From Halarcobacter sp. (GTDB taxonomy: Bacteria; Campylobacterota; Campylobacteria; Campylobacterales; Arcobacteraceae), in assembly GCA_963676565.1 (NCBI GenBank), contig OY781089.1:1632001-1696000 (forward strand): DNA of 64,000 nucleotides, written 5' to 3'. Position 1 is the first letter of the stretch. Every line of letters starts with the position of its first letter. Under the pieces are notes generated by a model, which saw nothing but the letters and a program-made list of their open reading frames with translations, searched no databases and had not been told where the DNA came from. Both the position numbers and the translations under genes were made by a program. Shown here in pieces: positions 51,385 through 62,315 of this stretch.

Positions 51385-53133
51385 ATGAATAATATAAAAA
51401 CAAAATTCTTACCAACAACTAAAAAAGAGATGGATGCCTTAGGCTGGGATCAATGTGATGTTATCTTAGTAAGTGGTGATGCATATATAGATTCTCCCTT
51501 TATAGGAGTTGCAGTTGTTGGGAGAATTTTAGAACAACTTGGATTTAAAGTTGGAATTATTGGTCAACCTGACGTTAAATCAGATGATATTACTAGACTT
51601 GGTGAACCAAAACTTTATTGGGGAGTTAGTGGTGGAAGTATTGATTCAATGGTATCAAACTACACTGCAACTAAAAAGTTTAGAAATTCTGATGATTATA
51701 CTCCAGGTGGAAAAAATGATAAAAGACCCGATAGGGCAACATTAGTTTATACAAATCTAATTAGAAGATTCTATAAAAATACAGTTCCTGTTGTTTTAGG
51801 TGGAATTGAAGCAAGTCTAAGAAGAGTTACTCACTATGATTATTGGACAAATAAGTTAAGAAAACCAGTGCTTTTTGATTCAAAAGCTGATTACTTAATA
51901 TATGGTATGGGTGAAATGGCAATTAGAGAGTTCTCAATTGCTTTAAGAGATGGAACAGACCCAAGAAAAGTTAGAGGTGTATGTTATATCTCTAAGGAGC
52001 CAGTTGAAGATTATATTCAACTTCCATCACACCAAGAGTGTTTAGATGACAAAGAAAAATATATAGACCTTTTCGACCATTTTTATCAAAACAATGACCC
52101 TATAAATGCAAATGGACTTTGTCAAAAAGTTGATACTAGATATGCTATTCAAAATCCTCCATGTGATTACCTTGATGAAAAAGAGATGGATGAGATTGCA
52201 ATGTATCCATATCAAAGGGATTTACACCCTTACCACAAGCCAGAGGGAAAAGTAAAGTGCTTAGAAACAATTAAATTTTCTATTCAAACTCATCATGGTT
52301 GTTGGGGAGAATGTAATTTCTGTGCCATTGGAGTTCACCAAGGAAGAACGATACGTACTAGAAGTGAATCAAATATTATCCAAGAAGCAAAAGACTTTAC
52401 AAAAATGAAAGATTTTAAAGGAATCATTTCTGATGTAGGTGGACCAACAGCTAATATGTACGGATATGAGTGTGGTAAAAAACTTAAAAAGGGAACTTGT
52501 GATGATATAAGATGTGTTGACTTTGATAGACTTTGTAAGGTTATGAAAGTTGACCATAGTAGAAGTATTAAATTACTTCGAGATATTAGAGAAGTACCGG
52601 GTGTTAAAAAAGCTTTCGTTGCTTCTGGATTAAGATATGATTTTATTCCAGCAGATAAAAAACATGGCTATACATATTTAAAAGAGTTAGTTGAACACCA
52701 TATCTCTGGACAAATGAAAGTAGCCCCAGAACATACCTCTGATAGGGTTTTAAAACTTATGGGAAAACCTGGAAAACAACCATTAATTGAGTTTAAAAAG
52801 ATGTATGATAGATTAAATAAAGAAGCTGGTAAGAAACAATTTTTAACTTATTATCTAATTGCAGCACATCCAGGATGTGAAGAGAAAGATATGCATGAGT
52901 TAAAGCAGTTTACAACCCATGAATTAAAGATGAACCCTGAACAAGCTCAAGTTTTCACACCAACACCTGGAACATATTCAGCAGTTATGTATTACACTGA
53001 ACTTGATCCAGAAACAAGAAAACCAATTTTTGTGGAAAAAGATACAGTAAGAAAAGAAAAACAAAAAAATATTGTGATTGATAAAAAATACTATCAAAGA
53101 AGAAAAAGCACTGGCGCATCAATGCAAAGCTAA
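51385..53133 (+). CDS. YgiQ family radical SAM protein
   Basis: GDAYIDSP, GGIEASLRR, GCWGECNFC, DVGGPTANMY, KVAPEH. Confidence 0.94.
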   Translation: MNNIKTKFLPTTKKEMDALGWDQCDVILVSGDAYIDSPFIGVAVVGRILEQLGFKVGIIGQPDVKSDDITRLGEPKLYWGVSGGSIDSMVSNYTATKKFRNSDDYTPGGKNDKRPDRATLVYTNLIRRFYKNTVPVVLGGIEASLRRVTHYDYWTNKLRKPVLFDSKADYLIYGMGEMAIREFSIALRDGTDPRKVRGVCYISKEPVEDYIQLPSHQECLDDKEKYIDLFDHFYQNNDPINANGLCQKVDTRYAIQNPPCDYLDEKEMDEIAMYPYQRDLHPYHKPEGKVKCLETIKFSIQTHHGCWGECNFCAIGVHQGRTIRTRSESNIIQEAKDFTKMKDFKGIISDVGGPTANMYGYECGKKLKKGTCDDIRCVDFDRLCKVMKVDHSRSIKLLRDIREVPGVKKAFVASGLRYDFIPADKKHGYTYLKELVEHHISGQMKVAPEHTSDRVLKLMGKPGKQPLIEFKKMYDRLNKEAGKKQFLTYYLIAAHPGCEEKDMHELKQFTTHELKMNPEQAQVFTPTPGTYSAVMYYTELDPETRKPIFVEKDTVRKEKQKNIVIDKKYYQRRKSTGASMQS

Positions 53134-53143
53134 AGGAGTGGCT

Positions 53144-53551
53144 ATGAAATATATTTTATTATTAATCCTTTTATTAAATGGATTATTTGCATCATCTTCA
53201 AAATTTATTGAGAATATGAATTATGAAACTATTTATGAAAAAGCTTTAGAAAGGGCAATAAAAGAAAATAAGTCTATTATGATGATTGCCAGTACTAAAT
53301 CTTGTCCTTGGTGTAGAAAACTCGAAAGACAGACTCTAAAAAGAGAGAATATTAATAATATAATTCAAAAAAACTTTGTCCCTTTATCTGTTGACCAAGA
53401 TTTAAAAAATTATCCAAAAAAGTATGAAGTAAAAGTTGTGCCAACTGTATATTTTATAAATCCTAAGAATGAGAGTGTAATAAAAAAAGTTTTAGGATAT
53501 AAAAATAGAAAAGAGTTTTCTAAAATCCTAGATGAGGTAGTTTCAAAATGA
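53144..53551 (+). CDS. Exported thioredoxin-family protein (SoxW-like)
   Basis: Signal peptide, CPWC, VPT cis-Pro loop. Confidence 0.88.
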   Translation: MKYILLLILLLNGLFASSSKFIENMNYETIYEKALERAIKENKSIMMIASTKSCPWCRKLERQTLKRENINNIIQKNFVPLSVDQDLKNYPKKYEVKVVPTVYFINPKNESVIKKVLGYKNRKEFSKILDEVVSK

Positions 53552-53985
53552 AAAAGTTGATTATCCTATTTTTTACATTTGTTTATTCTTTTGCTCTAAC
53601 TCCATACTCTTTGGAGAATGTAAAAGAAGTAAATCTAAAGTTTTTAAATAAAAAAGAAAACATCTCAAAAAAGCTTGAAGAAAAGATTACTAAAAAAGTA
53701 AAAGAAGAACTTGAAAAACTAGGTATCAAAACTAAAACCCAAAATTATTCGAACTTTATAATTAAAGCAAAAGTGATAAAAATTGCCAATAAACAGTTTG
53801 TTCAAACTTCTATTATGATAGTTGAAGATATCAAGCCTATAAGAGATGAATCACTTCTTACAATAGCAATAACATATAAAAAAGATGATAGTTTTATTGC
53901 TGAAAATTTAGAAGTAGATATTTATGAATCTATAGTTGATTATTTGTTAGAAGATTTTATTGAACAATATAAAGCTGAAAATTAA
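53548..53985 (+). CDS. Hypothetical exported protein
   Basis: Signal peptide; overlaps the upstream stop codon. Confidence 0.75.
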   Translation: MKKLIILFFTFVYSFALTPYSLENVKEVNLKFLNKKENISKKLEEKITKKVKEELEKLGIKTKTQNYSNFIIKAKVIKIANKQFVQTSIMIVEDIKPIRDESLLTIAITYKKDDSFIAENLEVDIYESIVDYLLEDFIEQYKAEN

Positions 53986-53987
53986 AT

Positions 53988-54029
53988 CATAAAAAAAGGG
54001 ACAACTTTATCGTTGTCCCTTTTTTTATG
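53988..54029. terminator. Bidirectional intrinsic terminator
   Basis: cataaaaaaagggacaac/gttgtccctttttttatg between convergent genes. Confidence 0.85.
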
Positions 54030-54036
54030 TAAGAAG

Positions 54037-54678
54037 TTACGCTAAAGCGTTAAACATATCTTCTGTTACTTCTGAAACCTCTTTTGTTCCATCAAGTTCC
54101 ATAAATACACCCATTTTAGTATAGAAATCAATTAGTGGCGCAGTTTGTGCATGGTAAGCTTCTAATCTGCTTTTTACAGTTTCTGCATTATCATCTTTTC
54201 TAATAATTAATTCACCACCACAGTAGTCACATACATTTTCTTCTTTTGAAGGATTAAACTCTACATGAAATGATGCTCCACATTTAGAACACACTCTTCT
54301 TCCTGTGATTCTTCCAACAATTAATTCATCTGGAACATTTAGTGAAATCACTTTATCTAAACTAATTTTCATTGTTGCCATTAACTCATTTAAAGCTTCA
54401 GCTTGAGCTAAAGTTCTTGGGAACCCATCTAATATAAAACCTTCTTTACAGTCATCCTCAGCAAGTCTATCTTTAATAATACCAATAATTGTTGAATCAG
54501 GAACTAATTGCCCAGCATCCATAAATTTTTTAGCTTCCATACCCATATCTGTTTTATCAGCAATTGCTGCTCTTAAGATATCTCCAGTTGAGATTTGTGG
54601 AATATTATATTTTTCTATTAAAAATTTTGCTTGAGTTCCCTTTCCAGCTCCAGGTGCTCCAAATAGCATTAAGTTCAT
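54037..54678 (-). CDS. adk: Adenylate kinase, long form with zinc-binding LID
   Basis: GAPGAGKGTQ, STGDILR, LDGFPRT, CSKC...CDYC, RKDD. Confidence 0.96.
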   Translation of the reverse strand: MNLMLFGAPGAGKGTQAKFLIEKYNIPQISTGDILRAAIADKTDMGMEAKKFMDAGQLVPDSTIIGIIKDRLAEDDCKEGFILDGFPRTLAQAEALNELMATMKISLDKVISLNVPDELIVGRITGRRVCSKCGASFHVEFNPSKEENVCDYCGGELIIRKDDNAETVKSRLEAYHAQTAPLIDFYTKMGVFMELDGTKEVSEVTEDMFNALA

Positions 54679-54799
54679 GTTTCTTTTCCTTAGTTTTTCT
54701 TTTTTGATTTGAGTATTGTATTCAAAAACCATTTAATATCAAATAAACAATTCATAAGAGTTTTGATATAATTGCCACTTCAAAAATTAAAGGTCTTAA

Positions 54800-55369
54800 A
54801 TGAAAAAATTATTTTTAATTATTGGTGCACCTGGAAGTGGAAAAACTACAGATGCCGAATTAATAGCTGAAAATCACAAAAATATTACACATTATTCAAC
54901 TGGTGATATGTTTAGATCAGAAGTTGCAAGCGGAAGCCAAAGGGGAGCTTTAATTGATACATATATTAGTAAAGGTCTTATTGTTCCAATTGATATTGCC
55001 ATAGAAACTATCATAACTGCAATAAAAAATGCTCCTACTGATGTGATAATAATAGATGGATATCCAAGAAGTTTTGAACAAATGAATGAACTAGATAAAT
55101 ATTTAATGGATGAAACTGAAGTGGAATTAATTAATGTTATTGAAGTAGTTGTTTCACCTGAAGTAGCAAGAGACAGAGTTTTAGGTCGAGCAAGAGGTGC
55201 AGATGATAATGTGGAAGTTTTTAATAATAGAATGAACGTTTATATTGAACCTTTAAAAACAATTCAAGAGTTTTATGAATCTAAAAACCTATTAGTAAAA
55301 ATAAATGGTGAGAGAACAATCAAAGAGATTGTTGATGAGATGGAAATTTTTATAAAATCAAAAATATAA
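54800..55369 (+). CDS. adk: Adenylate kinase, short LID-less form
   Basis: GAPGSGKTT, STGDMFR, IDGYPR, RARGADD. Confidence 0.92.
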   Translation: MKKLFLIIGAPGSGKTTDAELIAENHKNITHYSTGDMFRSEVASGSQRGALIDTYISKGLIVPIDIAIETIITAIKNAPTDVIIIDGYPRSFEQMNELDKYLMDETEVELINVIEVVVSPEVARDRVLGRARGADDNVEVFNNRMNVYIEPLKTIQEFYESKNLLVKINGERTIKEIVDEMEIFIKSKI

Positions 55370-56133
55370 TGAAAAATCAACCTAACTTTTATAGTGTAAT
55401 TATAGGAACTGAACTATTAAATGGGCGAAGAAAAGATGCCCATTTTTCTTTTTTAAATGAACAATTATTAAAACGAAATTGGAATCATAAAGCTTCATTT
55501 GTAATTGAAGATGATGTGGAACTTATGGAAAAAATATTCCAACTTATAAAATCAGATGAAAACTCTGTAATGTTTTGTTTTGGAGGAATTGGAGCAACTC
55601 CAGATGACTACACTAGACCAATGGCTGCAAAAGTTTTTACTGATGGAAAAATGCAATATCACGAAAAAGCAAAAGAACTAATAATCAATCAATTTGGTGA
55701 TGAGGCTTATCCTTTTAGAATAGAGATGGGGCACTTGCCAGTAAATGCAGGATTACTTAAAAATGTTGTAAATAATGTTGCAGGGTTTTATTTGGAAGAG
55801 AGATATTTTTTTACTCCAGGGTTTCCTTCAATGAGCCAATCCATGGTGATTGAAGCCTTAGACAAATTTTATCCTAAAAATGAGATTGAAAAATATAGAA
55901 AGACTTTAACTGCATTTTGTGGAGAAAATGATTTAATCCCTGTAATGAAAGAGATGCCAAAACAAATTGAACTATCTTCACTACCAAAAATAATCGATGA
56001 CAAAAGACGAGTTGTATTATCTTTGGCTTCATATGATCAAAATATTTTAGATGAAAACTTTGAAAAATATATAAAATACTGCAAAAAAAATAAAATAGAA
56101 TTTATATTAAAAGATATTAGTATTACAAATTAA
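55369..56133 (+). CDS. CinA-like/molybdopterin-binding domain protein
   Basis: IIGTELLNGRRKD, GGIGATPDDYT, FTPGFP. Confidence 0.88.
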   Translation: MKNQPNFYSVIIGTELLNGRRKDAHFSFLNEQLLKRNWNHKASFVIEDDVELMEKIFQLIKSDENSVMFCFGGIGATPDDYTRPMAAKVFTDGKMQYHEKAKELIINQFGDEAYPFRIEMGHLPVNAGLLKNVVNNVAGFYLEERYFFTPGFPSMSQSMVIEALDKFYPKNEIEKYRKTLTAFCGENDLIPVMKEMPKQIELSSLPKIIDDKRRVVLSLASYDQNILDENFEKYIKYCKKNKIEFILKDISITN

Positions 56134-56263
56134 TCTTAGTTTTCTACTAAGAGCTCCCTTTTTTAGGTACTTTATTTCCTTGCAATTTAAGTTAAGTTTA
56201 TTTTTAGAAATAAACTTTTTTTTTCAATTATAATTACGCTCTTATTTTATATTAGGAACAAGA

Positions 56264-56974
56264 TTGGAATTAGAGCAAATTAGTAATTTTGTCTTTTGTG
56301 ATAAAAGACTTAATCAATTTGAGTTAGAGTTTGGATTACTTCCTAATCCATATTATGATTATCCATTTTTAATAATCAAAGATTTTTTAGCACAATCTTT
56401 ATGTGATGATATTATTAAAAGTATCAAAAAAGAGGATGATTATATTGATGCAAAGATTAAAAAAGAAAACTATCTAAATAAAACAGACAAAAGTATTAGA
56501 AAGACAAAAATCTATAAATTATCAAATGAATATAAAAATATTTATAGAAAAAGATTTTTGGAGTGTCAAAAACTAATTGAAGATTTTTTCTCAATGGCTT
56601 TAACCACTAGTACAAAAGTTCAAGTTTTAGAGTACCAGAAAGGCTCTTTTTATAAAGCACATAGTGATGATTCAAATATGATTTTAAAAGATGATGAATT
56701 AATAGGTTTTAAAAATGTTGCAATAAATAGAAAACTTACTACTGTTTTGTTTGCAAGTTCTTGTGAAGATAATGAAGATTTTAATACATTTAGTGGTGGA
56801 GAATTAGTTTTTAACTTTTTATATGATGAACAAGGAAATAATATCAAGTATATCCCAAAAGCTGGTGAGATGATAGTTTTTTTAAGTAATCCATATTTCA
56901 CCCATGAAGTTTTAGAAGTAAAAAGTGGCTATAGATTAAGTTTAGTTCAATGGCATGATGCTTTGATAAACTAA
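56264..56974 (+). CDS. 2OG-Fe(II) oxygenase (prolyl-hydroxylase-like)
   Basis: YKAHSD, RKLT, FSGGEL, HEV, GYRLSLVQW. Confidence 0.9.
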   Translation: MELEQISNFVFCDKRLNQFELEFGLLPNPYYDYPFLIIKDFLAQSLCDDIIKSIKKEDDYIDAKIKKENYLNKTDKSIRKTKIYKLSNEYKNIYRKRFLECQKLIEDFFSMALTTSTKVQVLEYQKGSFYKAHSDDSNMILKDDELIGFKNVAINRKLTTVLFASSCEDNEDFNTFSGGELVFNFLYDEQGNNIKYIPKAGEMIVFLSNPYFTHEVLEVKSGYRLSLVQWHDALIN

Positions 56975-57633
56975 GGTTTATTATAGAAGTTAAACTTCCA
57001 ACCTTTATCTTCTGAATATTTTTCTAAATTATAGTCTTCCCAAACTTTGATACATTTTTTATTTCCAAGTTCTTTACCTTTTTTTGCAAAGGCATGGGCT
57101 CTACCAAAGTTTGGGAAAACACCTTTTCCACTTGCATACATAAATGCTAAATTACATTGTGCATCTATAAGACCTTGTTTTGATGCTCTTTCAAAATATT
57201 TTACAGCCATTTTAAAATCTTTTTCTATTACTACGCCATTAACTAAAAATAATCCTAACATATTTTGAGCAGGCGCGTAGTTTAGTTTTGAAGATTTTAT
57301 AAAAGAGTTATATGCATCAACTAGATTGTAGTAGGGTGTTTTTTTATTTAGTTGAAGTTTTCCTATTAAATAAAAAGCTTCTGGGTCATCTAGTTTTGAA
57401 GCTTTTTGCAAAAATTCATATGAAGTTTGAAAGCTTCTTTGTACCTCTTTACCATTTGCATAAATCTTTGCAATTTCAATCATTGCTTTTGTATTGTTTT
57501 TTGAAGCTAAGTTTCTATAGTATGATAAAGCTTCTAATGTTCCATATTCTTTTTCATAATTTTTCACCTCTTCAAAGCTAATTGCATTTAATAGGTTTAC
57601 GAAAACAATTAATAGAACAATTGTTTTTTTCAT
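56971..57633 (-). CDS. Sel1-repeat exported protein
   Basis: Signal peptide; [21 protein letters not shown] repeats. Confidence 0.9.
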   Translation of the reverse strand: MKKTIVLLIVFVNLLNAISFEEVKNYEKEYGTLEALSYYRNLASKNNTKAMIEIAKIYANGKEVQRSFQTSYEFLQKASKLDDPEAFYLIGKLQLNKKTPYYNLVDAYNSFIKSSKLNYAPAQNMLGLFLVNGVVIEKDFKMAVKYFERASKQGLIDAQCNLAFMYASGKGVFPNFGRAHAFAKKGKELGNKKCIKVWEDYNLEKYSEDKGWKFNFYNKP

Positions 57634-58652
57634 TTTATAACTTTTTTGATACCTGGCATTAGGGTTGTAGTAATTTCATAAGTTATTGTGTCATGGATTT
57701 TTGCTAATTTTGTCACATCATCAAAAATGCAAACCTCTTCATCTGAAGAATTTACAGAAAGATTATCCATAGATACTCTACCTAAAATTTTATACCCCTT
57801 TGGCGTGAGATATTCCTTTTCTCCATTAAGTCTTAAAAATCCATCTCCATATCCAACATCATAGGTAGAAATTTCCATTTTTTCTTTTGCCATAAATTTT
57901 CCACCATATCCAACTTTTTGATTTTTTTCTATTGTTCTTGTTGAAATTTTATTTGCCCAAAGTGACATTACAGGTTTCAATTTTGGATTGTCAAAGATAG
58001 GATTTGTTTCTAAATATCCATATTGGGCTATTCCTACTCTTGCAAAATCTTCATCGAAATTCTTAAACCTAAATAAAGCCGATGAATTAGCAGAATGAAA
58101 CTTAGGAATTGGTAAAAAAAGTTGTTCACATATTTCACACACTTGTTTTCTTACTTGATTAAAAACTGACCTTTGAAAGAAAAAGTCACATGAAAGTTCA
58201 TCAGCACTTCTATAATGAGTCATAACACCCGTTAAATTTAATTTTTTACTAGAAAGCCCTAAAATAGCCTTTTCTAGAGTTTCGGTGGTTATTCCATTTC
58301 TATGCATTCCCGTGTCAATTTTTAAGTGAACATTCGTATTTTCGGGTAACCTTTCGATTTCTTCAATTGTATTCACTACTATGTGAAAAGTATGTGAATA
58401 AGTTGAATAACTTCTATCAGCAAGAATTAAGATTTGCTCAAAAAAAGTCTCGATTTTTTTAGCTTCTTCAAGAGTTCTCACTACTGCTTTTGTTATTCCA
58501 AACTCTTTTGCTAAGCTAGCAATCTCAAGAAGTCCATGACCATATGCATTATCTTTTAGTACTACAGCAGTTTTTTCTTTTGAGCCTGTTTTCTTTGTAA
58601 TGATTTCTAAATTATGAAAGTAGTTTTCTTTGCTTAAAACAATTTTTGCCAA
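57630..58652 (-). CDS. alr: Alanine racemase
   Basis: [35 protein letters not shown]. Confidence 0.96.
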   Translation of the reverse strand: MAKIVLSKENYFHNLEIITKKTGSKEKTAVVLKDNAYGHGLLEIASLAKEFGITKAVVRTLEEAKKIETFFEQILILADRSYSTYSHTFHIVVNTIEEIERLPENTNVHLKIDTGMHRNGITTETLEKAILGLSSKKLNLTGVMTHYRSADELSCDFFFQRSVFNQVRKQVCEICEQLFLPIPKFHSANSSALFRFKNFDEDFARVGIAQYGYLETNPIFDNPKLKPVMSLWANKISTRTIEKNQKVGYGGKFMAKEKMEISTYDVGYGDGFLRLNGEKEYLTPKGYKILGRVSMDNLSVNSSDEEVCIFDDVTKLAKIHDTITYEITTTLMPGIKKVIK

Positions 58653-58658
58653 AGTGAG

Positions 58659-60488
58659 TTAATCCTTAAGTGTATTAAAAAATTCTTGTAGAAGAATAGC
58701 ATCTTTTTCGTTTAGAACATCTTTTAATTCATCTTTACTTGCATTTCTTATATTTTCAAAAGATCCAAAATATAAAAGAAGTTTTTTAACCTTTGCCTCT
58801 CCAATTCCTTTGATTTGAAGAAGTGAAATTTTGCTATCCTCTTTTCTTTTTTGTTTCTTGTGAAATGATATAGCAAATCTGTGGGCTTCATCCCTAAGTC
58901 TTTGTATAAATTGTAGTCTTTTGTCTGTTGGAAGAAGTTCAAGTTTTTCTATTTCACCATTGTTTTCAAAAAATACAATATCTTTTGCACTACCTTTTGC
59001 TCTATGGGCTTTAAAATCAAGTTTTTCTTTTGCAATTGCACAAATATCAAGATTAACCCCACAAGAATTTCTAATATCAATAGCAAGCTTAAGAAGTGTT
59101 TCTCCACCATCAATAACCCACATATCAGGAGCAGGGTTTTTTTCAAAACTTTCAACTCTTCTCATTAGAGTTTCTCTCATTTGAGCATATTCATCTTTTG
59201 CTTCAAGATTATAGTGTCTAAAATCAGACTTTACAAACTTTTCTTCCCAAGTAACCATCGCCCCAACTGTTGCTTGTCCCATCATATGGGAGTTATCAAA
59301 GCACTCAAATCTATAAGGTGTTTTTTCTAAGTTAAAAAGTTCTTTTATCTCATCATAAACTGATTTTGATGTTGTGCCACTTAGCCTTAAAAGTTCATTT
59401 GCATTGTTAAGTCCAACTTGAACAATCTCTTTTTTCTTTCCTCTTTTTGGGTTAGTTATTGGGATATTTTTTGAAAATTTATTTTGAATAAACTCTTCAA
59501 TCTCCTGTTTTTCTTCTATATCGTGGGCAACTATAATCTCTTTTGGTAAAAGTGGAATCTCATTGTCATAATAGTTTACTATGGCTCTTTCATAGGCTTC
59601 ATTTATATCAATTGTAATATCTTCTTTATTTGGTTTGATATAATCATGGTTTGATGATGCAAGTTTTCCATCTCTAAAAAACATTCTAACTAAGGCTGCT
59701 TTATTGTCTATAATACTTATTGCAAATAGGTCTATATCTTCATTTGTAGCTAAATCCATACCTGTTTGGATTTGAGATTTTTTGATTGTTGTGATTCTAT
59801 CTCGAAGTTTCATCGCTTCTTCAAATCTAAACTCAGAACTATACTCTTCCATCTTTGATGTTAGTTTTGAAATTAGCCTATTTTTATTGTAAATATATCC
59901 TAATGATTCATCAATAAGTTTTGCATAATCCTCTTTTGAAATCTTACCCTCACATGGAGCATGACATTTTTTTATTTGGTAAAAAAGGCAGGCTTCTTTA
60001 CCTTTGATACAAGATTTCTTTTGAACCAATGGCACTATTTCATAAATAGAATCAAGCATATCTCTAGCCCCAGTGGAGTAGGGACCAAAGTATTTTACAT
60101 TTTTATCTTTTAATACTCTTCTTGTAATCTCAAGTCTTGGGAAGTCTTCATTTAGATTTATATAAATATATGGATAGGTTTTATCATCCCTAAGTAATAT
60201 ATTGTATTTTGGTTTTAATTGTTTGATAAGAGAATTTTCTAAAATTAAAGCATCGTGCTCATTTGGTACAACAATCCACTCTAAAGATTCAACCTCACTA
60301 ATCATCTTATAAATTCTAGGGCTTAATTTATCAGATGGTAGAAGTTTTGGGGTAAATTTAAAGTATGACTTTACACGGTTTTTTAAAACCTTTGCTTTTC
60401 CTATATAAAGTAGTTTTCCATTTCTATCGAAGTATTGATATACTCCGGCATCTTTGGGTAGTTGTTTTAGTTTCTCTTCTAAATTCAT
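58659..60488 (-). CDS. uvrC: Excinuclease ABC subunit C
   Basis: GVY...YIGKAK GIY-YIG, ECFDNSH, VIDGG, RDEAHRFA, HhH. Confidence 0.97.
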   Translation of the reverse strand: MNLEEKLKQLPKDAGVYQYFDRNGKLLYIGKAKVLKNRVKSYFKFTPKLLPSDKLSPRIYKMISEVESLEWIVVPNEHDALILENSLIKQLKPKYNILLRDDKTYPYIYINLNEDFPRLEITRRVLKDKNVKYFGPYSTGARDMLDSIYEIVPLVQKKSCIKGKEACLFYQIKKCHAPCEGKISKEDYAKLIDESLGYIYNKNRLISKLTSKMEEYSSEFRFEEAMKLRDRITTIKKSQIQTGMDLATNEDIDLFAISIIDNKAALVRMFFRDGKLASSNHDYIKPNKEDITIDINEAYERAIVNYYDNEIPLLPKEIIVAHDIEEKQEIEEFIQNKFSKNIPITNPKRGKKKEIVQVGLNNANELLRLSGTTSKSVYDEIKELFNLEKTPYRFECFDNSHMMGQATVGAMVTWEEKFVKSDFRHYNLEAKDEYAQMRETLMRRVESFEKNPAPDMWVIDGGETLLKLAIDIRNSCGVNLDICAIAKEKLDFKAHRAKGSAKDIVFFENNGEIEKLELLPTDKRLQFIQRLRDEAHRFAISFHKKQKRKEDSKISLLQIKGIGEAKVKKLLLYFGSFENIRNASKDELKDVLNEKDAILLQEFFNTLKD

Positions 60489-60686
60489 TTTTGGATTATA
60501 TCAAAAATATCTTAACCTCAAGGCAAATGTTAGAGTTAGTCTTTTAAGAGATGTTTTACTAAAATATATTTATTTATTATTTTAAACAAAGTAGAATATG
60601 AAATTATCTCAAACAAAATCTTAATATTATTTTCAGCTGACCTCTTATATTAAGATAATATTTTGAATTAATAATTGGAAAGAAAA

Positions 60687-61352
60687 ATGAAAAACGAAAC
60701 AAGTGAAAGAGACTATGATAATAACCCTATTGTGATTGAAGATAGAATGCCAGAAATTGGTTTTTGGTTTTTTATGTCTTTTGCAATTATACCATTATGT
60801 GTTGTCTTATTTATTATGCAACAAACAGGAATAAAAATTGACTGGACACATGTACTTATTTCAGCGAGTATTATTTATATACCTGGTTTTTTTTCTTTGG
60901 CAGTAAATATGCCTAAGGATAAGAAAATAAAATTCTATGAAAATAAAATTGTTAGAGAATGGGATGGAAAATTATTAGAACTCAATTTTAATGAAGAATT
61001 AGATTTTCAGATAGGTTATATTGATTTTTATAATAAGAGACAAGAAGCTAATGATTTTGTAAAGCTATTGTTACCAATTTACTACCCCATTGTAGCATTT
61101 ATTCAACACCCTTATTTATTAATCATAAAAACTATATATAAATCAATTAATAAATTTAACAACAAAAAGAAATTTGATACTTTGTATATTTTTAATAAAA
61201 CAGAAATGATTGCAGTATTTATTGAAAGTGATTTAATTGAGAAAGATTTAAAAAAATATTTAAGTCTTAAGTCAATTGATATTACTTCACTTAAAACTTT
61301 TTACACAACATCATATGTATTTGATGGAATGAATAACTTTATAAACAAATGA
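60687..61352 (+). CDS. Hypothetical membrane protein (immunity-like cassette)
   Basis: ERDYDNNPIVIED N-terminus, two TM helices and a later hydrophobic segment. Confidence 0.7.
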   Translation: MKNETSERDYDNNPIVIEDRMPEIGFWFFMSFAIIPLCVVLFIMQQTGIKIDWTHVLISASIIYIPGFFSLAVNMPKDKKIKFYENKIVREWDGKLLELNFNEELDFQIGYIDFYNKRQEANDFVKLLLPIYYPIVAFIQHPYLLIIKTIYKSINKFNNKKKFDTLYIFNKTEMIAVFIESDLIEKDLKKYLSLKSIDITSLKTFYTTSYVFDGMNNFINK

Positions 61353-61419
61353 GAACGATAATGTCTCCTTTCTCTGAATTAAAAAATAAAAGAGACATGC
61401 ATCTTTTCAATTTTTGTTA

Positions 61420-61497
61420 ATGGAAATGTCAAACAAAAAAATAGTGCCCAAGTATTGTGAACAATGTGGTGAGTTAATAAAAGGAGAAAATAAATGA
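61420..61497 (+). pseudogene. Probable 3' gene remnant (MEMSNKKIVPKYCEQCGELIKGENK)
   Basis: Short frame with CxxC whose stop overlaps the next ATG; ends LIKGE like the LIKGD end of 62316..62858. Confidence 0.35.
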
Positions 61498-62306
61498 AAT
61501 GGCTAATAAATATTTTAATAATAAGTTGCTTTTTACAAGCAAATGAACTTTCAGACACAATAACAAATAATACAAAAGTAGATATGTTGTGTGTAGAAAG
61601 TTATCCAAGTGTATATAAAAAAGAAGGTCAAAAAAATGTGAAAGTTTTTGATAGTGAAAAATATATCAATACTCTAAAACCAAATAAGAGTATAAAGAAA
61701 AAAAGAGAAGGTACCCTTAACTGCTACAATGAGTTTAAAGATATAACTTCATCAAAAGATAATAGAATTTTTCAAACAAATGAAAGAACCATTGAAAGTC
61801 ATTTAATAAGTCATAATAAATACAATCTAACACTATATGAAAATAAAACTCGAGATTTTGTTGAAAAAAACTTTGGCATAGCTCAAAGGTGTGCACCTTA
61901 TAAAGATGGTAAATATTGTAATTATGGATATGGACTAGATATTTTATTTGATACACACAATAAAGTTAAAACATTATATCTCTATGAAAATACAGTTCAT
62001 AGAGGAGAACTTCCTTTTGAACCTGAATCAATTTTAAAGCTTTATTCAAATTCTAAACCCCTTGGTCTTTGGGTAGTTAAAGACTATAAAAAACTATTCT
62101 CAAAAAAACCAACACTTAAAACAAATAGTTTAATTATGTGGGAAAATCTTTCAAAACATATAAAAAGAGTAACTATGATACCTAAGAATGGCTATTACCC
62201 ATTAAGCTATACAGTAAAAGATGGACATAACCTATATAAAAATGGCTATGAAGATTCAGCTAAACCAATGGATTATGTACAGGCAATTCAAGTTGAGTAT
62301 AGGTAA
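61494..62306 (+). CDS. Hypothetical exported protein
   Basis: Signal peptide, four Cys in the mature part, AGGAG RBS. Confidence 0.75.
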   Translation: MKWLINILIISCFLQANELSDTITNNTKVDMLCVESYPSVYKKEGQKNVKVFDSEKYINTLKPNKSIKKKREGTLNCYNEFKDITSSKDNRIFQTNERTIESHLISHNKYNLTLYENKTRDFVEKNFGIAQRCAPYKDGKYCNYGYGLDILFDTHNKVKTLYLYENTVHRGELPFEPESILKLYSNSKPLGLWVVKDYKKLFSKKPTLKTNSLIMWENLSKHIKRVTMIPKNGYYPLSYTVKDGHNLYKNGYEDSAKPMDYVQAIQVEYR

Positions 62307-62315
62307 GCAAAGAAG

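Noticed and set aside
963..61956. Many short ORFs in the track that are antisense to or nested in longer genes (e.g. 963..1370, 10066..10401, 26979..27371, 33497..33754, 61735..61956)
   Set aside because: They are shadows of well-supported genes, with no RBS or recognisable motif
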